In this document: positions 12,140 through 24,344 of the stretch, one piece after another
How positions within the stretch are numbered: the stretch's first letter is position 1
Layout of the letters: each line of letters opens with the position of its first letter
Origin: Squalus acanthias
Taxonomy: Eukaryota
DNA length: 64,000 bases
Reading direction: 5' to 3'
NCBI GenBank assembly: GCA_030390025.1
Contig: CM059432.1
Span: forward strand, 128,218,001 to 128,282,000
Made by a program: the position numbers and the translations under genes
The notes under the pieces: generated by a model
The model's database searches: none
The model's input: the letters and a program-made list of their open reading frames with translations, nothing else
What the model was told of the DNA's origin: nothing

Positions 12140-12470
12140 TGGGGTACAGTTTAGTACCACGTCCAAGTGGCCATTATCCATGTGTGAACCTTGACAACAA
12201 GTGTTGGTAGGCTATTCAACTGTAGGGGCCAAGCCAAATCCTGTGCTCACCCAACTACTACATACCAACACTTGATCCAGGATGCTGGCTAAAGATCAGA
12301 GCAGGAACCATGGCTTATTTCCCTTCCCTAACCAACGATGCTGAGGCTGATTTTAGGGACGCTACCGTCACTCTAGCTGAAGCTAACTAACTCAGCATTG
12401 ACTGAGGATTGGTCCTGCTTACTTCCTGGTCTGTATAGCTCAGCTACTCACTAAATTTCTGAATCATTGG
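12140..12470 (-). mobile_element. Old SINE-like interspersed repeat
   Basis: Diverged similarity to 40290-40495 (GCC..ATCCTGT, CAGGAACC/CAGGACCC, CTTCCT...GTAT.GCTCAG). The 40.4-kb copy has a B-box-like GGTTTGATC on the minus strand. Confidence 0.4.
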
Positions 12471-13399
12471 GGAAGCCATATGCAAGTTATTTATTTCTGT
12501 ATTAAACAAGACAAAAGATCCAGAGAGCTGGGGAATGGAACAATACCCATTTCAAGCATCCAGTGCCAGCATCAAGTGCTTCCAGGTCGCATATAGCGCA
12601 GTCTATTTTGCCTCAACTGCAGAAAAGCATTCTCTACTATGCCATTTCCATTACCAGAAGAATTCTTTGGCAATTTTTCTCAGAATTACATGACACTCAC
12701 GCAACAAAGCACTTCACTGCAATCTGCATGTTCACATCACATTGTATGGCAAACAAAGGAAAAAAGTTTGTGAAACACTGGTTAATAAATGCCATACCTA
12801 GTTCATGAAATGTGAATTGGGAAATGACTTCCCTCTTTCTACCCAGTAACTCCTGACTTTGAAAGGGACATGTACTTTTTCTGTGTCCGGTTCAATTATA
12901 TGGGCAGGATAAGAATTCATTAAAATGTGCATCAGCTATGAAGCAGGTTGATAGATTAAGTACACCTTATTACCAGCTTCCAGGATATTAACACCATAAA
13001 CAGGGTTTTATTCTAATATTCTGCCAGTTTTTAATTGGGACTAGGGCACGTAGCACTGAAAACAGGCCAGCGGCCTGTTATGCCAGATCTTTGCCCTTTG
13101 CTACCTGTGTTAAATTTTCTATTGGAAGTGACGGCATGTGCCAAAAGTGCTCACGCAGTTATATACAGATGTAGTCAAATGATGAGACTGATGTTGTATG
13201 TTAACATCTTCAATCATAACCAACATGCCATATACAACAGGATTGGTCAAGGCCACTGAAAAATTTAATTTTTGCAGGGAGTGCAATCAATCTTAGGGCA
13301 ATTGATTCACTCTCCCCTACCAGCACATCATGCTCAAACGTGGGAGAGAGTTGGGGGGGTGGGGGGAGCGAAATGCTATGTGCCCTTAGGGTTCCAAAA

Positions 13400-14420
13400 T
13401 AGCATCCGCGACACACACCTCTGACGCGAAGCGCACCAGACACCATCTTGGTAAGGAGGTTAGCGCGCGCGCACTTAATTTCCACCGGATGTATACAGAG
13501 CAGGCAGATCATGACATCAGTCAGCGTGTAACGCTGATTTGATGCCAGCGCTGCCATTTTGGAGCTCTACGCACCAGCCAACGCCCTATCTTAACGTCAC
13601 ACAGCTGAACACTCGTTAAGCAGCATGAAGGACCCCCCACCAGTGCTATTTAAAGAGATCATCAACCACTTGCAGGTTAGTTGCTGGTTGATTTCTCTGG
13701 CTGTTGCTACAATTCTACATGGTTTTTGGTGCTTTCCATAGTTGTTTTCAGTTTCAAAAGTCTACAGGGAGTGGTGTGGCAGGTGCTGAAGAACTTTTTG
13801 CTGACTTCAAGGCTTCTGCACAAACCAGTTACTCCCAGATAGGTGCACTAGTAGGCCTTTCTCTTGGAAGCCAGCATGACTGGGAGAATGAGCAGAGGGC
13901 ACGCAGTTCAGGACAAGCTGCTAGCAGAGCGGGGATGAGGGGAGGAGGAGTGGGAGAAGGGCTCTCAGCAGGAGGCCATATCTGCCAAGGGTGTTCAGGG
14001 AGCAATTCTCCTACCTGAACCTCAGTGACGACCAATGTTTGTGACGTCTGCGCTTCACTAAGGAGGTCGTCACTGAAATCTGCCAACTGCGCCAGCCACA
14101 ACTACAACCACAGAGCAGGGCAAGGACTGTATTGCCAGTGACTGTGAAGGTGACCGTGGCTATGAACTTTTATGCGTCTGGCTCCTTCAAGGCTGGTGCT
14201 GGAGATATTAGCAACATCTCACAGTTTGCAGTGCATTGTTGCATAAGGGAGGTCATTGAGGCTCTCCATTCAAAGAGAGATAACTTCATTTCATTCCCTC
14301 TTACCAGATAGAAGCAGGCGAAGCAAGCATGAGGGTTTGCAACGTTTGCAGGCTTCCCCATGGTGCAAGGAGCCATTGACTGCACGCATATTACTCTGCA
14401 GGTGCCATATGTCAACTCTA
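13400..14420 (+). mobile_element. PIF/Harbinger transposon relic with HARBI1-like transposase pseudogene
   Basis: From ~13977 the + strand reads PRVFREQFSYLNLSDDQCL*RLRFTKEVVTEICQL...LPVTVKVTVAMNFYASGSF...GDISNISQFAVHCCIREV...GFPMVQGAIDCTHI (HTH plus the first catalytic D, GAIDCTH), with stops. The left boundary is approximate. Confidence 0.85.
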
Positions 14421-14435
14421 TGTTTCGTAACTGAA

Positions 14436-15702
14436 GGAGAGAGAGCGAGAGAGAGACGCTCGCACTGGGGAGAGAGGGAGACGCGCGCACCGGGGAGAGA
14501 GGGAGACGCGCGCACCGGGGAGAGAGGGAGACGCGCGCACCGGGGAGAGAGGGAGACGCGCGCACCGGGGAGAGAGGGAGACGCGCGCACCGGGGAGAGA
14601 GGGAGACGCGCGCACCGGGGAGAGAGGGAGACGCGCGCACCGGGGAGAGAGGGAGACGCGCGCACCGGGGAGAGAGGGAGACGCGCGCACCGGGGAGAGA
14701 GGGAGACGCGCGCACCGGGGAGAGAGGGAGACGCGCGCACCGGGGAGAGAGGGAGACGCGCGCACCGGGGAGAGAGGGAGACGCGCGCACCGGGGAGAGA
14801 GGGAGACGCGCGCACCGGGGAGAGAGGGAGACGCGCGCACCGGGGAGAGAGGGAGACGCGCGCACCGGGGAGAGAGGGAGACGCGCGCACCGGGGAGAGA
14901 GGGAGACGCGCGCACCGGGGAGAGAGGGAGACGCGCGCACCGGGGAGAGAGGGAGACGCGCGCACCGGGGAGAGAGGGAGACGCGCGCACCGGGGAGAGA
15001 GGGAGACGCGCGCACCGGGGAGAGAGGGAGACGCGCGCACCGGGGAGAGAGGGAGACGCGCGCACCGGGGAGAGAGGGAGAGAGGGAGACGCGCGCACCG
15101 GGGAGAGAGGGAGAGAGGGAGACGCGCGCACCGGGGAGAGAGGGAGAGAGGGAGACGCGCGCACCGGGGAGAGAGGGAGAGGGAGACGCGCGCACCGGGG
15201 AGAGGGAGAGGGAGACGCGCGCACCGGGGAGAGAGGGAGAGAGGGAGACGCGCGCACCGGGGAGAGAGGAGAGAGAGACGCGCGCACCGGGGAGAGGGAG
15301 AGGGAGACGCGCGCACCGGGGAGAGGTAGAGGGAGGGAGACGCGCGCACCGGGGAGAGAGAGAGGGAGACGCGCGCACCGGGGAGGGAGAGAGGGAGACG
15401 CGCGCACCGGGGAGAGAGAGAGGGAGACGCGCGCACCGGGGAGAGAGAGAGGGAGACGCGCGCACCGGGGAGAGAGAGAGGGAGACGCCCGGGGAGAGAG
15501 AGAGGGAGACGCGCGCACCGGGGAGAGAGAGAGGGAGACGCGCGCACCGGGGAGAGAGAGAGGGAGACGCGCGCACCGGGGGGAGAGAGAGGGAGACGCG
15601 CGCACCGGGGAGAGAGAGAGGGAGACGCGCGCACCGGGGAGAGAGAGAGGGAGACGCGCGCACCGGAGAGAGAGAGAGAGAGAGGGAGACGCGCGCACCG
15701 GG

Positions 15703-15734
<32 letters not shown>

Positions 15735-16082
15735 CGCGCGCACCGGGGAGAGAGAGAGAGAGAGAGGGAGACGCGCGCACCGGGGAGAGAGAGAGAGGGA
15801 GACGCGCGCACCGGGGAGAGAGAGAGAGGGAGACGCGCGCACCGGGGAGAGAGAGAGAGGGGGAGACGCGCGCACCGGGGAGAGAGAGGGAGACGCGCGC
15901 ACCGGGGAGAGAGAGAGAGAGAGGGAGACGCGCGCACCGGGGAGAGAGAGAGGGAGACGCGCGCACCGGGGGGAGAGAGAGAGAGAGAGAGAGAGGGGGA
16001 CGCGCGCACCGGGGAGAGAGAGAGGGGGAGACGCGCGCACCGGGGAGAGAGAGAGAGAGAGAGGGAGACGCGCGCACCGGGG

Positions 16083-16113
<31 letters not shown>

Positions 16114-16187
16114 GAGGGAGACGCGCGCACCGGGGAGAGAGAGAGAGAGAGAGAGAGGGAGACGCGCGCACCGGGGGGAGAGAGGGA

Positions 16188-16223
<36 letters not shown>

Positions 16224-18095
16224 CGCGCGCACCGGGGAGAGAGAGAGAGAGGGAGGGAGGGAGACGCACGCACCGGGGGGAGAGAGGGTGAGGGAGAGAG
16301 AGAGAGAGAGAGAGGGAGACGCGCGCACCGGGGAGAGAGAGAGAGAGAGAGGGAGACGCGCGCACCGGGGAGAGAGAGAGAGGGAGACGTGCGCACCGGG
16401 GAGAGAGAGAGAGGGGGAGACGCGCGCACCGGGGAGAGAGAGGGAGACGCGCGCACCGGGGAGAGAGAGAGAGAGAGGGAGACGCGCGCACCGGGGAGAG
16501 AGAGAGGGAGACGCGCGCACCGGGGGGAGAGAGAGAGAGAGAGAGGGGGATGCGCGCACCGGGGAGAGAGAGAGGGGGAGACGCGCGCACCGGGGAGAGA
16601 GAGAGAGAGAGGGAGACGCGCGCACCGGGGAGAGAGAGAGAGGGAGACGCGCGCACCGGGGAGAGAGAGAGAGAGAGAGAGAGGGAGACGCGCGCACCGG
16701 GGGGAGAGAGGGAGAGGGAGAGGGAGAGAGAGAGAGAGAGAGAGAGAGGGAGACGCGCGCACCGGGGAGAGAGAGAGAGAGAGAGGGAGGGAGGGAGACG
16801 CACGCACCGGGGGGAGAGAGGGTGAGGGAGAGAGAGAGAGAGAGAGGGAGACGCGCGCACCGGGGAGAGAGAGAGGGAGGGAGACGCGCGCACCGGGGAG
16901 AGAGAGAGAGAGGGAGGGAGACAGACGCGCGCACCGGGGAGAGAGAGACGGACGCGCGCACCGGGGACAGAGAGAGAGAGACGCGCGCACCGCGGAGGGA
17001 GAGAGAGACGCGCGCACCGCGGAGGGAGAGAGAGACGCGCGCACCGCGGAGGGAGAGAGAGACGCGCGCACCGCGGAGGGAGAGAGAGACGCGCGCACCG
17101 CGGAGGGAGAGAGAGACGCGCGCACCGCGGAGGGAGAGAGAGACGCGCGCACCGCGGAGGGAGAGAGAGACGCGCGCACCGCGGAGGGAGAGAGAGACGC
17201 GCGCACCGCGGAGGGAGAGAGAGACGCGCGCACCGCGGAGGGAGAGAGAGACGCGCGCACCGCGGCGGGAGAGAGAGACGCGCGCACCGCGGAGGGAGAG
17301 AGAGACGCGCACACGCACCGGGGAGGGAGGGAGAGACGCGCACGCGCACCGGGGAGGGAGGGAGAGAGAGACACGCACCGGGGGGGGGAGAGAGACACGC
17401 ACCGGGGGGGAGAGAGAGAGAGAGAGAGAGAGACGCGCGCACCGCGGAGGGAGAGAGAGACGCGCGCACCGCGGAGGGAGGGAGGGAGAGAGACGGGCAC
17501 CGGGGAGGGAGGGAGAGACACGCACGCGCACCGGGGAGGGAGGGAGAGACACGCACGCGCACCGGGGAGGGAGGGAGGGAGAGACACGCACGCGCACCGG
17601 GGGAGGGAGGGAGGGAGAGACGCGCACCGGGGAGGGAGGGAGGGAGAGACGCGCACCGGGGAGGGAGGGAGAGAGCCAGACGCACGCCGGGGGGGGGGGG
17701 GGGGGGGGGGGGTGAGAGAGTGCCAGACGCACGCCGGGGGGGGGGGGGGGGGTGAGAGAGTGCCAGACGCACGCGGGGGGCGGGGTGAGAGAGAGCGCCA
17801 GACGCACGCGGGGGGGTGAGAGAGAGACGCACGCACTGGGGGGAGAGAGAGAGAGACGCACGCACTGGGGGGGGGGAGAGAGAGAGACGCACGCACTGGG
17901 GGGGGAGAGAGAGAGACGCACGCACTGGGGGGGGAGAGAGAGAGCGCCAGACGCACTGGGGGGGGAGTAGGGGGGAGAGAGAGAGAGAGCCTGACTGGGG
18001 TGAGGGACAGACTGAATGAGAGTGGGGGGAAGAGAGCGAGAGCCTGGGACTGGGGGGGAAAGAGAGCGAGAGCCTGGGACTAGGGGGGAGAGTGA
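14436..18095. repeat. Compound CpG/GA-rich minisatellite (core GAGACGCGCGCACCG)
   Basis: 24 perfect 25-mers AGAGAGGGAGACGCGCGCACCGGGG (14471-15070), then units with a variable (GA)n spacer, 12 x 27-mer ACGCGCGCACCGCGGAGGGAGAGAGAG (16981-17304), then degenerate G-run variants. Confidence 0.97.
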
Positions 18096-19440
18096 GAGTC
18101 ATAACGACACAGGAGGAGGCCATTTGGCCCATCGAGTCTGTGCTGGCTCTCTGCAGAGCAATCGAGTCAGTCCCATTCTCCCGCTCTATCCCTGTAGCCC
18201 TGCAAGTTTATTTCCCTCAAGTGCCTATCCAGTCTCCCTTGAAAACATTGAGTGTCTCCACTTTCACCACTTCCGTCGGCAGCGAGTTCCAGGTCCTCAC
18301 CACTCGTTGCATAAAAAAGTTTTTCCTCACATCCCCCTGTATCTCTTGTCCAAAACCTTAAATCTGTGTCCCCTAGACCCTGTACCATCAACTAGTGGGA
18401 ACAGCCTTTCCCCAGCTAGCCTATCCAAACCCGTCATAATCTTGTACACCTCTATCAAATCACCCCTTAACCTCCTTTGCTCTAATGAAAAGAAATCCAG
18501 CTTTCCAACCTGTCCTTGTAGCTAAGATCCCCCATCCCCGGAACAATTCTGGTAAATCTCCTCTGCACCCTCAAGGGCCTTCACATCCTTCCTAAAGTGT
18601 GACCAGAACTGGACGCAATACTCCAGTTGTGGGCCTAACCAGCGCTTTCTAAAGATTCAGCATAACTTCTCTACTTTTGTACTCAATACCTCTATGTATG
18701 AAACCCAAGATCCCATATGCTTTGCTAACCAATCTCTCTATGTCCTGCCACCTTTCAGAACCTATGCACATTAACTCCCAGGTCCCTCTGTCCCTGCACA
18801 CTCTTAATGGAACTGTGCCATTAAGTGTATATTGCCTCTCCCTGTTCCTTCTGCCAAAATGCATCACCTCACACTTCTCTGTATTAAATTACATCTGCCA
18901 GTTGTCTGCCCATTCTGCTAGCCTTTCTATGTCCTGATGCAGTCGATTGGTATCATCCTCACTGTTTGCCATACCCCCAAGTTTGGTGTCATTGGCAAAT
19001 TTAGAAATTATATTCTGTATTCCAATATTCCAGGTCATTTATATATATCAAAAAAAGTAGTGGCCCCAGCACTGACCCTTGTGGAACACCACTGTCTACC
19101 ATCCTCCAGTCTGAAAAACAGCCATTTACCACAACTTGCTGTTTTCTGTCCTTATGGCAATTCCTTATCCAAGCTGCCACTGACCCACCTATTCCATGAG
19201 CCTCAATATTGTTCACCAGCCTTCTATGTGGTACTTTGTCAAACGCCTTCCGAAAATTCATGGAGACAACATCCATTGCATTCCCTTCATCAATTCTCCC
19301 TGTTACTTCATCAAAAAATTCAATTAGATTAGTCAAAGACGATCTGCCTTTTACAAATCCATGTTGGCTCTCTTCAAGTGCCCGTTCATTTTTTCCTTGA
19401 TTATTGTTTCTAAATCTTTACCCACCACTGATGTTAAACT
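18095..19440 (-). mobile_element. CR1 LINE 3' part (RT plus tail), 5'-truncated
   Basis: Minus ORFs contain [41 protein letters not shown] and MHFGRRN; CR1 3' tail near 18100-18200. Confidence 0.93.
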
Positions 19441-20022
19441 GAGACTGACTGGGGGAGAGAGAGCGAGATTGACTGGGGGGGGGAGAGAGAGCGAGACTGA
19501 CTGGGGGGGGGGGGGGGGGGGGGGGGAGAGCGAGCCAGAGACGGGGGGGCGGGGAGGAGAGCGCGAGCCAGAGACTGGGGGGGGGTGGGGGGAGAGCGAG
19601 CCAGAGACTGGGGCGGGGGGGGGGGGGGGGGGGCGAGCCAGCCAGAGACACGGGGGGGGGAGAGCGAGCCAGAGACTGGGGGGAGAGCGAGCCAGAGACT
19701 GGGGTGGGGTGGAGAGAGCGAAACTGGGGAGGGGGGGGGAGAGCGAGCCAGAGACTGGGGGGGGTGGAGAGAGAGAGCCAGAGACTGGGGGGGGTGGAGA
19801 GAGCGAGACTGGGGGGGGTAGAGAGAGCGAGACTGGGGGGCGGTGGAGAGAGCGAGCCAGAGACTGCAGGGGGGGAGAGAGTGCGAGAGACTGGGGGGTG
19901 AGAGTGAGACTGGGGGAGAGAGAAAGAGAGAGACTGGTGGGGAGAGAGCGAGACTGGGGGGGCAGAGAGAGTGAGCGAGACTGGGGGCGAGAGCGGGACT
20001 GGGGGAGGAGGAGAGAGCGAGA
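19441..20022. repeat. G-rich degenerate minisatellite (GAGAGCGAGCCAGAGACTGn)
   Basis: Roughly twenty recurrences of GAGAGCGAG(CCAG)AGACT followed by G runs; similar to the units at 17980-18095. Confidence 0.9.
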
Positions 20023-21360
20023 TAAGCACCATTATTCAAAGTTAAATCCATTACTTGAACATTATAACCAAAGCAGTTGGTTTTTGGTTTTCACAAAAAA
20101 GCAGATAGAATTGTAGAATAAAATTGTCAAAACTGTGTCTTATTCATTCAAGTAAACTATCGCCTGATAATGGGTTCAGCAGCTTCTATTATATCATAGT
20201 GTTTCTGTTTCCATTGAAAAATCATGAATCATGGAAACACAGACTAAAAAATCTAGAAATCCAATTTAATAAAAGGAATTTGAGTTATTTGGTCTCAAAA
20301 CTTGTCATTTTTGATTATAACTTGTCAATGCAGAGAATTTAGCACCGCAAAGTGGCAACATTTCTGTTGCTCTGGGCCAAAACACAGAACATCTCGCAAT
20401 TATTTTTTGCTCATGGTGTAATTTTAGTTCCCATCGTCACTAAACCTGTATACGGGAGAGCCTGTTCCATGAAATTGTTCCAAGATTTCAAAATTATATC
20501 CAATTGTTGAAAAGCTCTAAATATACCATTCTCCTATTTGGGAGGTCAGGTGAGTTTGTGTAGAAGCAGTACTCATTTCTTTTATCTTGCATATCTGTGC
20601 TATAATTCAGAGCTTATCGAACAACAATGGCTTTCAACCTAATCAGCTCTAATAAAATGCCAAATACTCATTACAGTAGAATCTTTTTATAGGTCATTAA
20701 TTTGGATAGGTCCCTAGATGATCACTAAATCTGAAAGTGAAAATCCCAAAATGCCCTGCAGGCAGCTTTCAACCCAAAACTGGCATTGAGAGTAAAGCGT
20801 TGGTTAGCTGTTTAAAGCTTTGTTGAACAGTGAGTAGCACTGAGACCAGGTGCTTCCATTAAATTGCAAATTAACCATGAAAGTTTTGAGCAGTGCATCA
20901 CCAGTTTACTGATGAACTGTTAAAATCCCTGATGCACTGTTCAAACTGACAGTACTTTTATAGAGAACACATTACCATCACAAACCAATCAGTACAACCA
21001 ATTTACTGTGGTTTAATTTAGATGGGCTTTGGCAAACAGGATTTCATACTTCTAGCTGCAAGATCCCTACAAATGAATTCCACGGTGTTATGAATAAAAA
21101 TTCATTGTTGACATTGTTTTATAGATCATAAAATTACATTGAAATATGATCTGTTTGCCAACACACAAGCTACACTATTGTAGTTCAATTAATTTTATAT
21201 TCAATATGAAGTCTTAAATAGAAAATTTTGTTAACACACTATATTGCAAAGTTGTGTAAGTTATGGCATCATAAATGGTGCTTCAAAACATTTGCTATAT
21301 ATATATTATAAAGATATGATGGTACATTGCTGACTATTTAAACATGGCTTCTCTTCAAAG

Positions 21361-21483
21361 GCAAAGAACAAGATCCGCCGAGTAAAAACCATATACGACT
21401 GCCAAGCAGACAATGATGATGAACTTACCTTTATTGAGGGAGAGGTGATTGTTGTGACAGGTGAAGAGGACCAGGAGTGGTGG
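21361..21483 (+). CDS. ASAP1: ASAP1 exon, SH3 N-terminal half (AKNKIRRVKTIYDCQADNDDELTFIEGEVIVVTGEEDQEWW)
   Basis: tcaaag|GCA...TGGTGG|gtaagt; 123 nt, phase 0; SH3 consensus (YD...DELTF...EWW). Missed by the ORF track. Confidence 0.97.
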
Positions 21484-21667
21484 GTAAGTGTCTCAGAGCA
21501 ATAGTTTTGGAATGTTCAACTTTGGCATTTTTCATAATTAGAACAAGATTTCTAAAGGCAATCCTAAAGGTTTCTTAATGTCATACATCGATATTTGGAC
21601 AGTCATTAGATAGTAGGCTATGAAATTATTATTTACAAGATCTCTATCTGAAAAGCTTGTCTAACCC

Positions 21668-21860
21668 AACAACAACTTGCATTTATATAGCGCTTTTAAT
21701 GTAGAAAAATGTCCTCAGGGGCTTCACAAAAAGCATAATCGGAAAAAAAAAGACAGCAAGCCAAAGAAGGAGGAGATATTGGGAGGGGTTACCAAAGGCT
21801 TTATCAGAGGTGGGTTTTAAGGAGGGTCTTAAAGGAGAAGGGGGTTAAGGAGTAATTCTA
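21668..21860 (-). mobile_element. L2-type 3' tail fragment
   Basis: (AAC)n-TTGCATTTATATAGCGC is the reverse complement of the tail shared with the SINEs. Confidence 0.55.
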
Positions 21861-23012
21861 GCGTAGGGTCTGGCCGCATATAAACATCCCTACTTTTGCC
21901 TTTTTTGTACAGGATACTGTTAACCCTTAAGATTTTGGACACCAGACAATCAAGCTCACAAAAACAGAGTATAGTTACTCATTCTGGATAATAGAGACAA
22001 TATAGTGGCTCTAGAGCTCCTTTCTTCCTAGGCTATCCTAGCCAAATTTATACTTAACTCATTTACTGCATTCATGATCTGGCCTTACTCAACCATAACA
22101 CAAGAATGTGCCATTGTCTCACAGGTACTGTACCTTACAGACCAAGACCATCTATTTACACTAACCCCTTCTGCACAATATCAACAGTTAAAGTAAAGGC
22201 ATCAGGTAATTATGAGACATACACCCAAACATTCCTTACTCCACAACCTAAGCGCTCACTGGTGTAAAATGGTTGCAATAAGGCCAATTTTGGGGATCAA
22301 CATCCCGTGCCTAAAGGACGCCAACCCAATATTGGATTGGGCCATTTTTCAGGCGTACCAGGTGGCCATGTAAAATGGGTGTTAGTCCCTTCATTTGCAT
22401 ATGTAAGAAATTGGACATCGTGAAGCAGGTGCCGGGCTTCTCCACTTCGCAGTCAGTGGCCGACAACAAAAGGTGATTTTTTTTTTTATTAAATACGGTC
22501 CTGTGGAGCCAGGAGGAGCAAGAGTGCTCCCTGGACTTCAAGGTAACCCGTTCAGCCCGCCCGCCCTCTGGGACTTGTCTTCGGCCCAACATTCATCTTT
22601 GTAAAATGAGCATCTTTGTAAAATGGGCTAGCTGCCTGTGGAGGCGTGACAGGTCCATTCCAGCCACTTCTGTAACTCCATATTAAATATCTCTCCTCCC
22701 TCCTGGTCTTCTTGTGAAAGAGATGAAAAATGCTGCCATGCAGGACTATCCCAGCACCCTTGCAAGGACTTGTAAAACTACAGAGAATAAATACATTTCA
22801 CACAGCAGGACAGGCTGGAATAGCACAGCTTTCCAGTCGTTTGCCTGATTTTCTCACTACAAGATTAAAAGGTAGCAGGGTGCAACAGCCATATTTAATA
22901 ATGGAGATTCTGATATGCATTTTTACAGGTAATGAAAGTCTGATTTGAAGACACACTAGTGGTTCCATAACCATAAGCTGGTTGTGAGCTATAAAATAGT
23001 ACTAGATATACT

Positions 23013-23758
23013 GGCCCGGATTTTGTGGTGGTAATGATGGTAAAACTCAGCGTTCACCGCAATTACCCCTCTGAAACTGACGGTAACTTCAGGATTTAGC
23101 GCATGTGCAAATAAACGTGGAAATCCTGAAGTTACAGTCAGTTATTCCCTGCTCCGCCGCAGGCTGCGCTGTGGAACTCCCCATAGCCGGCAATCAGTGA
23201 AATCATTTGAACTGATGAAAACTTCCCCTTTTCCGTTCTAATATTGCTGTTAAACACCCCATAAAAAGTTAAGCCTTGTTGAAAGAGGTGTGACTGGGGT
23301 TTTATCGGCGTATTGACTGCTGAACAACTATTCTGGCCCTGAAAACCTACTTTTATTTTTGTGGAATGTCAAATTTCTCCGTTATGATAAATTACTAGAT
23401 TTTTAAAATAAGAAAAAAATTATGTTTTGTTTATTATATTTCAACTTCTACCTTAACCCCCATGTTGTATGTCCCAATCTTTATTTTGCTCTCTGTAAAA
23501 AAAAAAATAATAATTTTAAAGTGAATGATAAAAGCTGCTTTTTATTTCCTGGTTTGCTGTGTATGGGAATTCTTCAAAGTGACTGGCTGCTTAGACAGCT
23601 TGATGATATCACTGCTGCTGTAGGCTAGAGATACCCTTTTGACAGCGCTACAATCAAATTAAGGTTGAGAAAGCTAAAGTTTTCACCACAGAGATCGCAA
23701 GATCTTTGTGATCAGCAGCAATCGCCATCGCTTTGCCGCTGACTGCAAATTCTGGGCC
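23013..23758. mobile_element. Non-autonomous DNA transposon (MITE-like), family A
   Basis: TIRs GGCCCGGATTTTG / CAAATTCTGGGCC; inverted homologue of 1323-2257. Confidence 0.65.
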
Positions 23759-24344
23759 AATGTATGCCAGATTTTAAATTTCCCTTTTAATAAACCCAGG
23801 TAGGGAAGAACAGCTATGGGATTTCATACGCTTTCAGGTTCTTTCATTAAAATCCTTTGATCTATGTTACACAATACTTAGCCTATCAAAGAAAAAAATA
23901 TCCTTGAACAAAGTTTAAATGTTTTTTTTAAATCTATCATGCATTCTCCATTCTTCTTTATTTAATAGCATATGTTTTAGAGTTTGTCTTCGATTCCAAC
24001 TTGGCTTTTATACAAGTCCTCTTAAAAATTTGTAACTAAAATGGGTGACATTGCATTTTGCCGCTACTTCTGGTGAAGTATATCTGTATAAATCTGTAAC
24101 AAATTTGATAAATTTAGTACAAGAAAACTTTTAAATGTTGACAATTGTAGGTGCTGTAATAAGGTGGTACTGAAGTTTAGTAGTATTTCTGAAAAGGTGC
24201 GGTAGCTATTTTGGTATAATTAAAAGTACATACTTGAAGGAGTGATATTTTGGCATAATGTAAGGGAATTCTATCACGTGTTGTATACCCACCTGTTGAA
24301 TATTATGATCTTAGCTTCATTTATAAGCCAGAGACTTGTCCACA

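Noticed and set aside
10930..12140. Moderately GC-balanced unique-looking stretch with short ORFs (e.g. 11508-11783)
   Set aside because: The frames I translated gave no recognisable protein or splice-consistent exon; it would need a database search.
14471..17304. CRISPR-like appearance (constant core with variable spacers)
   Set aside because: The spacers are just (GA)n length variants, not unique sequences; there are no cas genes, and the context is a eukaryotic intron.
14170..18132. Very long ORFs (1320, 1221 and 1167 aa, plus + strand RE-rich ORFs)
   Set aside because: Artefacts of a stop-free minisatellite; open in all frames with low-complexity translation.
19361..20116. Gly/Pro-rich ORFs on both strands
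   Set aside because: Translations of the G-rich minisatellite.
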